From: Podospora anserina | Taxonomy: Eukaryota | Assembly: GCA_017654855.1 (NCBI GenBank) | Contig: CM030332.1 | Coordinates: 5,146,001 to 5,210,000, forward strand | DNA: 64,000 nt | Direction of reading: 5' to 3' | Shown: positions 1-14,700 of the stretch, piece after piece | Numbering within the stretch: the first letter of the stretch is position 1 | Layout of the letters: the number at the start of each line of letters is the position of its first letter | The notes under the pieces: model-generated | Databases searched by the model: none | Seen by the model: the letters and a program-made list of their open reading frames with translations, nothing else | Told to the model about the DNA's origin: nothing | Program-made: the position numbers and the translations under genes

Positions 1-1286
1 CTGCAGCTCTTTCGCCGGCGCGCTTCCTGAGAACGTTCTCAATGAAGGCCTCCCCAGCCTTGTAAGATGACCTGACAAGAGGGCCGCTGGCGCAGTACAG
101 GAAGCCCATATCCAGAGCACGCTGCTTCCAGAGGTCAAACTCGTCAGGGGTGACGTACTTTTCGACCTTGAGATGCCTCTTGGTAGGGCGCATATACTGC
201 CCAAAGGTGACGACATCGACGTCGATCTTTCTCAGCTCTGTGTTCCATGTCAGCGTTTGCCCAGGCTGTTCAAGGAGATCCAGAATGATGCTTACCTCTC
301 AGCGTATCCCAAATCTCCTGCTCCTGCTCACCAAGACCAAGCATGATACTCGTCTTGGTGATGATGCCCTCCTTGCCCCTGACAGCCTTCACATGTTCCA
401 ACACCTTCAAACTCTGTCTGAAAGTAGCCCTCCGGTCGCGAACATACGGTGTCAACCCCTCCACCGTCTCAACGTTGTGAGCATACACATCCAATCCACT
501 CTCCGCCACAATCTTGACCATGTCCAGGTCCCCCATGAAATCACCAGTCAACGCCTCCACCAACAGCGTCGGCTTCTTCTGCTTAATCCTCCTAATCGTC
601 TCCGCAAAGTGCCTCGCACCACCGTCCGCCAAATCATCACGATCCACACTTGTCAAAACCACATATCCCAACCCCCACCTCGCCAGTGCCTCGGCCGTAT
701 TCTCCGGTTCATGCGGGTCAAGCGGCGGAGGCTTCCTGTTGGTCTTGACACTGCAGAACCTGCACCCTCTGGTGCAAGTATCACCCATAAGCATGATCGT
801 CGCCGTCGCAGCAGACTTGTCGTTTCCACCCCAGCACTCGCCGATATTCGGGCATCGCGCCTCCTCGCACACAGTGTGCAGGTTCAAACCCCTGAGGTCG
901 GCCTTGATCTTGCCAAAGTTGGGGTTGGCACCTGAGGAAGGGATTGGGGTCTTGAGCCATTCTGGCAGACGGGTGATGGTGCGCTTGCGGCCGGCGGGGC
1001 CTACCTCTGCGGTCTTGATCTCGTAGGCTTCGCTGAGGGAGAGGGGGGCAGACTGGGAGCCCACGAACTCGGAAAAGGAGGCGACGGTGGTGTCTTTGAA
1101 GTATGACGGTCGCGGGGCCTTCTTCGCGGGGGTTGTTGAGGCTGCTGGGCTTGGCGATGACTGTGTCAGCCCCGGGTCGGACGGTGAAGGGATAGTGGCG
1201 TAAGTTCGGGATGAAAGGACAGCGGCTCGGGCCAAGGACCGTCGCAATGGGGCCTGGAGCCTTTGAAGGGGTGCTGGTGAGGCCAT
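1..1286 (-). CDS. LIP5: Mitochondrial lipoyl synthase (radical SAM); exons 1286-296 and 237-<1, 3' end outside window
   Basis: [12 protein letters not shown] (CX4CX5C) and CTRGCRFC (CX3CX2C) motifs; start aaaATGGCC with a mitochondrial-type presequence. GTAAG...CAG intron 295-238 restores the frame into [17 protein letters not shown]...RSSYKAGE. Confidence 0.96.
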
Positions 1287-2941
1287 TTTGCGAGATCGAC
1301 TGGCTATGTTTGGCGGGAGTGGGGGAATGGTCGTGGCGGAAGAGAGGAGGTTGTTTTGTTGGGTGACCAATATCCAGCAGGACAGTGGCGGATACGGAGT
1401 TGATAAGGCTGACTGAACAAAAAACCAAATCGGCGCCGGCTCTTGCATGCAGGGCATTCGCCCATCCGCCTCTTGGCGCCATCGGAATGGGTTATGTAAT
1501 CCCGTAGGTACCCGTTGGCTACTCCGGGCTTCGGCCAACCAATAACAACTTCATCCCGACAGATCAAATAAAATTTCGCATTTCTATATGTATGGCACCG
1601 GATTCTGAGATATATGCTTTTGATGATTTAGCTGGACCAGTTTGGGAATCGGTGCTCGTGGCCTTCATTTGAACCTGGCCACTCAAAGAACCTTCGCACT
1701 GAAATACAGCACATTCACCTGATAAGTCAATGCCAGCCCCGGGCCACCATCGAAACAGCTTTGGGAATCCCGAACAACTCGTTGGCACTGATGGGCTTTG
1801 ACAAGCGCATGTGTGGAGAAATCCGAGAAGCATGTGTGCTTCTGGAAGAATGCGGGGGTAATGTCCATTGGTAGTTTCGCAACCGCCGTGGCACATATTG
1901 GACGGCGATGAAACCGTTCCTGAAACAGAAAATACTGGCTGAGCTCTTTCTGCGCAGCTCATGAGATTCTACTTGGGATTATCAGCGGCTGAAGGCTGGG
2001 GTATCGGTGGAATCCCAAGTTTGCATGCCGGTGCTTACAACCAGCGTCATTGACGTCGTTGCTGTGGCTGAAATTCCTGGTGCTCACAAGAGATTTGTCC
2101 AATCAGAGTTGAGCGCTGATCGCACAACGGGATGTTGCGGATGGCCAACAAGATTCAACGGATACGGAGAGTAAAATGAAGCTGGGAATGCCTGGTGTCA
2201 TGTTAATGCTATTGTTGGAGAAAACTGACAAGGCCTCTACTGCTTTGGCTACGTAGTAAACAACCAGGCAATTCATGAGCAGCCGGCTTCATACACAACG
2301 AGGCCTGGGTTGCGTTTATGAGCCTAAACAAGGGTTCTCCTTGGACTTGGACTTTCGAGCTTTCAGAGCTCCTTGTAAAACACCGCTTTAGTTCATCACT
2401 AGTAGTGAGCTCTGAGTTCAGGGGTTTTGTTCTATATATGGCCCATCAAAGAATGTGCAAGGTCTCAGCAGTCTTCATATTTCATTGAGGTTGAACAAAG
2501 CACATGTGCTGGGCTGGAAGTTGTTGTCAGCGCTGGACCTTGCAGCCGTTCCTAGGTCGGTCTGGGCAGTGGCTTGGGCGGCCTGCATTAACACTTGGTA
2601 GGCGAAAAGCAGCGTGACCCCGTTAAGAGCTATCCAAACCCAGGTATGGGTCGGCCCAGTGTTTTTAGCGGCGCAGCCACTTTCCCTGCGCTCTCCTCTG
2701 GCCTCCTGTTCGTTTCGCCTGTCTCTTCTCATTCCGCAGAACAGTCTCGCAAGGAACATCTACATCACCTCGCAATCTCGCTCCCCCAACACACCTCCCT
2801 ACGACCTCAAGGACACGAATACCATCGCTTCATACCCGCGCGAAACCATCTGCGAGCGAGTTTGCACGCCTCTTGCTGTCTTTGATTGAAATCGACCCCT
2901 TTTAAGCCACCAGTAGTCGCCAGCGACAGTCGTCATCCATC

Positions 2942-3784
2942 ATGTCTTCCGAGCCGTATGACCCTTATATCCCCGCCGGCCAGCAGGGCTCGTCGCAGGA
3001 TCCCGGCAATGCCAGGACGCAAGCTTTGAAGCAGGTGGGTGATTTCGCAGTTTAGCTCGACGTTCTTGAGACAAGATGGGAGACGGAGAACTTGAGTCGT
3101 TGGTCTGCCCAAGGCCGCTGTTCCCGAGAGTCCGATCGACTGGTCCACCAGCCAACAACATCACCACCCTTCGTTCTCGCGGCATCAACAACACCACCCC
3201 TTACGAACTTTGTGGGATTGAGGGATGGGGCATGAAATTGCAGCTAGTCGAGAACTTCTGCAGTGGGAAAAAAAGTCATCTATCATGCTGCGGTAATACG
3301 CTTAGACTAATATTGGGCGGTGATGGCGCTTGGGTGCTATGTCGATCGGGGGTAGAGATTATGGGCAAAATTCAGGTTATTCTTTCAAAGGGAGCGAGCT
3401 AACAAATTCTCTAGCAAATCGACGAGACTGTCGATGTCATGCGCAAGAATGTCAACAAGGTCGCCGAGCGTGGTGAGCACCTTGATAGTCTCCAGAACAA
3501 GACCGACGATTTGGCCATGTCCGCACAAAATTTCCGCCGTGGTGCCAACCAAGTCCGCAAGAAGATGTGGTGGAAGGTATGGATACTTCAAGTCTGAACT
3601 GGTTGGTACAGGATGCTAACATTTCGGCTACAGGACATGAAGATGCGCATCTGGCTCATTGTCGGTATTATCGTCCTTCTCGCCATCATTATCATCCCTG
3701 CGGGTATGTACACCACGATGGTCGCGGCATCGAATGTTTTAGTTTCCATGCTAACCACACCCTACAGTTGTTGCTACGAGATAA
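2942..3784 (+). CDS. SNC1: Synaptobrevin/VAMP-type v-SNARE; exons 2942-3034, 3415-3576, 3634-3703, 3768-3784
   Basis: Manual splicing gives [11 protein letters not shown]...[89 protein letters not shown], an R-SNARE motif plus C-terminal TM helix. All three introns are GT-AG with branch sites. Confidence 0.95.
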
Positions 3785-4860
3785 ATCAGCCCATATGACC
3801 TTGGCGATGATGACAGCGAGGCGATCTGAATGGACACGAATCTGGGTTTTTACGCATGACCAACATTCACGACGATAGGGATAGTTCTTGTCTGGGATTG
3901 ATTTTTCTTCCGGGAGTTTCTTGTTTTGTTTCGACGGTCTCTCTGGCTGGAGCTCTTTACGTAGTTGCCGGGGCGGCCGTCTTTGCGTGTTGCATGGAGC
4001 CTTTCCCCCAGTCTGGGAGTTGCAATAGCTTCCTCATGCACCTGTACTTATGATGTTAGGAGAGGGTGTATCCCCATATGGTTAATCAAAGATAGCAGTG
4101 ACGATGATTTTTTAAGATATGACACGACGCTTTCACATGCCATTTGTGCTGGTGTGCTCTGGAGCGTGCCATGATGATGTCCTCGTAGCTCGAATCAATG
4201 CTCAAGACCCTGAGGAACAGCTGGAAGTTTACTGCACCATCCCCTGCATCCCCCGCTGTGCCTCGGACATTGACACCCTGATAGATCAAGGCTGGAGATC
4301 AGGCGATGGGTCAAAAATTTTATCAGATCGTCTGGGTGCCAGGGAAACCGCGCATGGCAATGCGATGATACATTGTGTCTTCCTCTTGGCACAGCGGGGA
4401 CATACGGCTCTACCTGCACTGGGCGAATGTTTGGTAAGAGACTGGCAACGTTTTCTGTGGCCTTGAGTGCTCGCAGCTATCTCCTAGCACAAGCTCTCAG
4501 AGCTCTATGATAGGTGAAATTCTCATCAAGGGAAAGGATCGGGTAGTGAGAAGTACCCAGGGGGTGGTTTTATTGAGAGTTGTAGTGGTGTAGCAGCTAC
4601 ACAGGAAAATATACAAAGCCAAGGTGGGTGTTTTCTCCACTGCGGTTTCGGTCTTCAATTTTTCGGTTGCCCCTCCTCCACCTCTTGTCCTGACCGACTT
4701 CTTATCAGATCCGTCGTCCCCGGCCAGCAATCCACAACTCCAGCCTACTCCGATCGAGACTCGCTGATGCCATTGGGGTTCTCAAGAGGGCTCCGCCGTT
4801 TCCTGCAGCGTCAACTTGGGTGCTTCCCCGTCCAATTCCTCGGCAGGTCCCCTCTGAAGT

Positions 4861-4876
4861 CCAATTGACTCATTGG
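4861..4876. promoter_or_regulatory. Gcn4/CPC-1 element TGACTCA flanked by inverted CCAAT boxes, upstream of arg-6
   Basis: CCAATTGACTCATTGG, about 320 bp upstream of the arg-6 ATG; arginine biosynthesis genes are established cross-pathway-control targets. Confidence 0.7.
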
Positions 4877-5100
4877 TGAATCGAGGATCCAGTTGCGGTT
4901 TAGGAGCTGCGACTAGGTTCCAGGTTGTCCCGCCCTTCACACACAACAACCACACCCGGTTGCTGCAACTTCCCCTCCGCAGATTTTCCTTCTTCCAACA
5001 TACTTTTCTCCTCCTTCCCCCTTCCTCCTCCTCGACAGCCAATCCGCCTACGCTCGTCCTCCTTTTCCTCCTCTTCCTCCCGTCCTCCCTCCGAGCGTAA

Positions 5101-7883
<2,783 letters not shown>

Positions 7884-8874
7884 GATGCGGAAGCAAGTCT
7901 TATAAAGCATACTCGTACATATATATTTTTGCAAGCAGGTTCTGGTGTGGTTCATCAAGGGGTGCCATCCCCATCGATTGCCACTCATTGTTAGCGGGAG
8001 AAAGCTTTTCTTGGGTTTCATGTTCATGTTCATTCCGTACGGATTATACATATTTGATGCGATGGTGGTGGACACTTTGGGTTTCCTTGTTGTCTTATGG
8101 AGTTCAAGGGGAACTCGAAAAACGGTTATTCGGCTGGCATTTGAAGAAAGAAGCGGGTTTGTTTTGAACTCGGATGGTTAGTTTTTGTAAAAAGCTGTAT
8201 GGAGAAAAGCGTTTCTAGAAGCAGCAACAGGGGGCGGTTGTGATGATGAGCTGGGTGGAGTTGTGTCGGTTATATCCAGCGAAGCACTTGACTCAATCGG
8301 GTAGGTCAATTGCGAAGCCGGTTATCATTCGTCAATTGAGCTGATCAAGGTTTATTTACGGCCTTTGTCTCCAACATCAGAATCTGAAGGTGGCGGGTTA
8401 CTGTGTACTGTTGAAGAGGTTGCGGCGAGGTTGAATGTGCCGTTTTAACGCTCTTTCCGCCAATTGAGCTTACAAGTAGACCAGAGAAGGTGAGAAGGCA
8501 CAGCAAACGCCTAGTGGCAACTCCTGCTTCTAAAGGGTAGGTGAGGTCAAGTGTGGAGACCTTTGAACACCTGATAAGCCGTCCGGGTTTCCCTTTCTGC
8601 TTTGATGTTTTTCCCGCATCTTTTTGAGCCCCTCTTGTCAAAGCCTACCCCTCCATTGCTTTCGAGTCATCTCCACCACTCAGCCGGTAGCATCACGTTC
8701 TCGTCGCCAGAAGTCGGATTCCTCGGCTTATAACTTTGGCTCTTATCGTCACACTTTTTGGGAATTTTCATTCACTTCTTTGTTACAAGTCCTGAGACGA
8801 AGTCGTACTCGACTTACGTCACCAACACAGAAAACTTTCAGTAACCGTCGAGTTCCAAAACACCACAGTTCAAA

Positions 8875-9856
8875 ATGATGGACCTCCCCATCGACCACGG
8901 CCACCTCGAGCACCTCTTGCCTGCCTCATGGAAAACCTCCATCACGGCCTGGCTGGCAGAGGACACCCCCTCCTTTGACGTCGGCGGCTTCGTCGTCGGC
9001 TCCGACCTCCGCACTGCCACCCTGTGGGGAAAATCCTCTGGCATCCTGGCGGGCGTCCCCTTCTTCAACGAGGTCTTCACCCAGTGCGGCTGCACGGTCG
9101 AGTGGCACGCCCGCGAGGGCTCCCACGTGGAGACGCACGGGGGTAAAAAGGCACTGGCTACCGTCACGGGACCTGCGCATGGGCTTTTGGAAGGCGAGCG
9201 TGTCGCTCTGAACATCCTTGCGCGGTGCTCGGGGGTTGCGACCATGAGCAGGCGGCTGCTGGTTAACCTGCGGAGCGCGGGGTACAAGGGGATTTTGGCG
9301 GGGACGAGGAAGACGACGCCGGGGTTTAGGCTGGTGGAAAAGTATGGGATGCTGGTTGGGGGGGCGGATACTCACAGGATGGATTTGAGCACAATGACGA
9401 TGTTGAAGGATAATCATGTTTGGAGCCGGGGGAGTATTACGCAGGCGGTGAAGGCTGCGAAGGCGGCGGGGGGGTTTAGTTTGAAGGTGGAGGTGGAGGT
9501 ACAGAGTGAGGAGGAGGCGGACGAGGCGATTAGGGCGGGGGCGGATGTGATTATGCTGGATAATTTTACCGGGGAGGGGGTGAAGGTTGCGGCGCGGAGT
9601 TTGAGGGAGAGGTGGAAGGGTGAGAGGGAGTTTTTGTTGGAGGTTTCGGGGGGGTTGACGGAGGATAATGCGGAGAGTTATATTTGCAATGGTGAGTTTT
9701 CTTTGGGTTGTGAGGGGGATGGATATCTGCTAACGGCGGTGAAAAACAGATATCGATATCCTTTCCACGAGCTCGATTCATCAGGGGGTGCGCCATATTG
9801 ACTTTTCGCTGAAGATTAACGTGGAAAAGGGCCAGGGCCCCGAGGTGGCTAGCTGA
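8875..9856 (+). CDS. BNA6: Nicotinate-nucleotide pyrophosphorylase (quinolinate phosphoribosyltransferase); exons 8875-9691, 9750-9856
   Basis: [44 protein letters not shown] motifs. Intron GTGAGT...CAG 9692-9749 yields [23 protein letters not shown]. Confidence 0.96.
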
Positions 9857-10599
9857 ATGTTAGGGGTCTCAGAGGTCTTTTCTCATCAACAGCTGTATTT
9901 CTGCACATGATTGGGTTTGTCGATTAGCGATTAGACATGTTCATGGCTAGCAGGGGCAGGCAGATGGCCTGACGCATAACAACAGAAGTTTCTTTTTTGG
10001 TTGACAGCTCAAACTCACTTGTTGGATGAGATATTCCGCGGAGAGGCTTCCTGCAAGGAACTTGATCAATGCAGATGCTTGTTGCATGTGGTTGGTTTCT
10101 GCCTGGCTCCTTACCTGTGGTAGTCTCCGTTTAGAAGGAAATCCAATATTGCTGGCAATACCACCCACCCTCCGGCCATAAAACCCCCTGCAGCAAGAAT
10201 TAATTTCTTCTACTTTTCGTCCGTCTAGGCTGGAGGATGCCCGGGGTCCGGGGTCTCCGACACGGCAGATACCCCTGTTCCCACGTGGCTATCCCGACGT
10301 CCCTTTTCTCTTTCCGGTAGTTATAAGTTTCGGGGAGCAGTGATGCTCGGCTGCGGCACAGGAGATGGAGGGATGGCCATGAGGCAGCAGGGAATCTATG
10401 CGAGGGGGTGGGATATCCATATTCGATCATCATAGGAGAGACGGGGGTGCCTAGTTATTGTTTTGGAGTAACCACACCCCTTATGTTGCTTTGGCGGAAG
10501 GCCATGTTTTGGATGGTCACAAGACGGAGCTGGTCGTTAGGTCTTTTGTGGGCTACCAAGTAAGTTACCTAAGGTAAAACAGATCTGGTCTGCATCAGG

Positions 10600-11711
10600 A
10601 TGAGCTTGCATCAAGTTCCAAAGTACACAACCGGATACGGGCATCGTTGTAAAAGAGTTCATTAGAAAGAGGCACAAAATAGAAAATAAATCCAGAATCT
10701 GTATTCTGACCCCCGGGTCTACCAATCTTCGTAGTCATAGTCCTCCAAGAGAATTCCCGCCATCCTCCCCAATTCCCTTTGCTTCCAATCACAGTAATTA
10801 TCCTCGTGTTTGGGTGTACACCATGCCAATATCTCGTCCCTCTAATGCTCACCGATCTCCTCCGAGTAGTCTTCTATGGTGCGTTGAACTGCAGCCATGA
10901 CACTGTTCCACATATCCAAGCTGATTGTGTCACTTATTCTTTCATTCCGCCTCAGGTCACAGATATCGACTGAGACCTGACGAAAAAAACTCCGCCTATC
11001 ATCTCCATCTCCCATCTGCTCTCGGAACAAGGTGTGGGAGATTGGATTTTGCTTTGCGTAGAGCTGGAGATGGTAGTATGCAAGCCAGAAGGTTTCGTCT
11101 GGCGTGCTCCAAGGAATTGCCTGATAGCTGAGTCTCTTGATCAGTTCTATCATAGGGCCTGGAGGGTTGTCCTTCGGTGGCGGCAAAAGATGGATGTGAG
11201 AGCACCACCGCCTGCATATTTCCAACTCGTGCCTGGTGGTCTGGAAGATATCAAGCCACGGCATCTTGAGGAATTAAATAGAGACCATCTCTTCTGTGCA
11301 CCATACCGTGGATGTGTGCCCCCCTCCCCCCCAACAATGTCCATCACCGGACCCACCACAATCGAGCGTGAATGGTGACGGGGTTCAAAGCCATGACGCT
11401 TTGCGTCTCTGGCTTCGCTCACCACCAGTGGCAAATAATAGCCGTATGGTAGAAACCAAACGTCTCGCAGAAAGTCTTCCAACTTCCAACGTGCCTTGTG
11501 ATAACGCTCATCTTCAGAGTCTCTGGTTGATAACACCCCTGGAGTGCGAGGGGGTCCAATCTACGCAGTAGCCGAGTTCTGTATCCTCGTAGAGGCCGTA
11601 TTCATCTGCTCTGTAAATATCAAGACACAAGTTCACATATCCCTCGGTCCTAAGGCTCATCACCTTGCGGCCAGGGTCATGTTGCAGTAGGTTTAACAGC
11701 CACTCTACCAT
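10600..11711 (-). pseudogene. Disrupted orphan coding relic (several frames, internal stops)
   Basis: Successive protein-like minus-strand segments (11711-11514, 11536-~11320, 11264-10842). A frameshift falls in a G-run near 11320-11335, and protein-like sequence continues past the TAG at 10844-10842 (RDEILAWCTPKHEDNYCDWKQRELGRMAGILLEDYDYEDW). Confidence 0.45.
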
Positions 11712-14700
11712 GAGGGCGGGGGTATCTATCCTCTTGTGATTCGGTCATTTCGTCGTGATCCACACTGGTAGGTAGGTGGTGATCGATAAAACGCAGCCGA
11801 AAGGGGGTGAACAGATCGGGGTGTTGAGTAGATCGAGGCGAGGTTGTCCAAGTACGTGGATTTGCAGCTTGATTGTGAGTATCGGCAGGAATTATTTGTC
11901 CAAATTCAGGATTTTGTGGGCTTCATGTAGTGGTGGCCTTGACAAAACTTAGAGTTTTATTTGTTTCAGAGTATCCTTTTGGCCGGGGCTTGATTGTACT
12001 TGCCTATCGAGTTCCTGGACAGCAGCCAAACGGAAACGGCGATGCTCTTTTCACAGGAAGTTGTCCGAGGAAAGAGCATCTCATGTCTGTCTCAAGATTG
12101 GAATGACTCCTCTTAACCACCTTGAGTTTGAGTTTTACTTCTTTTGCAACCCACTGACAATATTCTCGCGTGCCAGCAACCTCTGAGCCATCAAGAGATC
12201 GTATTGGCGCAACTTACACCCTCATCGTCGCTCGTTCCAAGCAGCAAGAGTCAGAAACAGCAATGCTCACACTAACCTTCCTTAGCAGCCGCAGCCCACT
12301 CAGATAGTCAGCCAGCAGCTTCCACTTGCAGAAGACTCGGGAGTCGGGTTAAGCTCCGTGGTCCTCCAGCAAGAACCGGGCCAAGCTCCGCAAAAGCACG
12401 AGACAACAAGGAAGAAATGATCTTCCCAAGCATCTACAGGGGCTTGTTTCGAATATTCCCCAACTCCTCTCCTATCATATATGATCAACCACTTTGAACG
12501 GCTCTTTTCGCTTTCGCTTTTAAACCTGGCTGCAGATGCATGGCACAGCGCCCCCCCTCAATGGTGGCCGCTCGACCCCACAAAATAAGCACGGAAAAAG
12601 CAGCCTGCCAGTTCCCTTGGGCGCAAAAAGACGGAGCTATCTCCGAGTCTTCTTCACGAATTAAACAGGCCGAAGCCTTGTCGATTTTCTTCTTCCTTTT
12701 GAACTCTCCCACCAATTACCCCCTGTCAGCTCTTCTAATGCAAGCTGCAGCTAGCAACGCTCAGGGACCCCTGAAACTGCAGTGCTGTATGTAAAGATAA
12801 CCGACAACACCCTTCTGGGGGCTGCTGATGGCTGCGAAGAACCAAAACTCGCCTGCGATTGGATCTTGAGTATGTCGCCTTCAGGACTCGAAACATGCTG
12901 TTACTGTATCTTGACTTGCACGAGATGTCGACGCAGATGGGCAATGCATGTTTCTAGTCTAGGGTACCTACGTATCTGAAGCACCACATGCTTCCTCGTC
13001 GGATGCCTGATTCGACGTTTTCATGAACGCATTCGTTCAGAAGGATGAGCCATTCGAGGTTTAGCAGCATCCCCACAGATCGCGCGCAAAAAGTCTGTAT
13101 TCTTCAACAAGGACGTCGCACAGTGGGCATCTCCCACCCAGGTGCCTACCAACCACACCCGGTCGCTTCTCGCATTCGCATTCTGTACTTACGCCCCGCA
13201 ACTCCGCCCCCCTGACAAACGTCACGCTCGATCAGAGGAGGAGGAGGAGGCTCCCAATTTCCACGTGGCTAGGTTGCATTGAAGGATCATGTGCCTGGAT
13301 ATGTTGTCAAGATGCTTGCCTCCGGTTTATCTACCCCCTGCTTTATACATTGATGGCGTACTACGAGATGCATCTGTCAAATGTCAGTTTGTTTGACTTT
13401 TGATTTGTGGAGGTTGAAGTCTCAGCTTCTGCAGCTGGGTAATTTCGAATGCGGACCCCAATGGCACTTCATTTTTAAGTGCGCAGTTGATACTGGGACT
13501 GGGAGGGCTGTTGATGGTGTTTTCGACATCAGTCCTATCCCACCCCCCCCTCCCTTCTTTGTTTAGTGGTCGTCGGGAAGTCCGGGAGTTGCGTAGTGGG
13601 TGAGCGGTGTGTGCGGTTGAGATCTACTACCGAGGTTTTTACAGCCTTGTCTTTGTGGTCGTCATGGGTTCTGCTTGGTACCTTATCCAGCACTTCGTTT
13701 TGAGAGAGAGAGGAAGAGAGACAAGGCGGCAGATCGGGCTGAGAGAGATGATGCAAGTACCGTTGTATGTCGCTTTTTCAGGGAAACGAGGGGGGAAATG
13801 CGGGATGTCTGGTTCGTCTCGAGGATGCGTGGTTAGGTATTCTGCGGAGACTGGAGATATGGGGGGCCTGGGGCTCGATGGGCAGACTGCCGTTGCTACA
13901 CCTGGAGGAGTATCTCATCAGTATAAGAGGTGAGCTTACCGACCTTCCTGTCTCGTTCCATGTCCCTCATGGAAGACAAGATTTTACCATCTATACACAT
14001 CCAACACTTACCCTTGAACACATTCTTCTCTTCATCCTAGCGCCACATGCACTCATGTATGCTACCCGGCTCCTCACACTAAACAACAATGCCAACCAAC
14101 CGCCCCCAACCCACTGAATGGACCCTCCTCTACATCCAAACCACCCAGACATCTCACCAGCAAAGACAAGACCACACCACAGACATCCAGCAGTCAAAAC
14201 AAGCCCACCAAGCTGCCGCTCAAAGAAAAATACAAGAGGACATCGGCCCTCTACTGGATACACCACCATCACAACCGCAACAGGAGCAACGGCCACTCAC
14301 CATTTCACGTCGTTCTCGCCCTAGGAACTGAGCCAAACACCCCAATAGTTACACGAACTACCCTGGCATCAGACAATCCGGGAGGGCGAGAAAGGGGTGT
14401 ACTACTGGTCCGCGAGTAAGCCGGCGGCAATGGCGGCATTACACTCTTCGGCTCTCGTTCATGACAATCGTAAAAACAAGCGGTGGAGGATTGAAGTCGA
14501 GAAATGTGGAGGAGGCGGTGGCGGGAACGGATAACGGATGCGGGAACTGAGCACGAACCGGTTCGTTGGCGAGCGAGCAAAGCCCGCCCAGCGAGGCCAC
14601 ACTATGGCTGGGTGGTGTGGCTTCAGTAGCATTTCTGGAGGGGTGACAAACAAGAGTGGGATTAATGAACTGGGATGAAGAGACGAATGCATAAAAGGGG

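Noticed and set aside
150-935. 261-aa plus-strand ORF
   Set aside because: Antisense shadow of lipoyl synthase.
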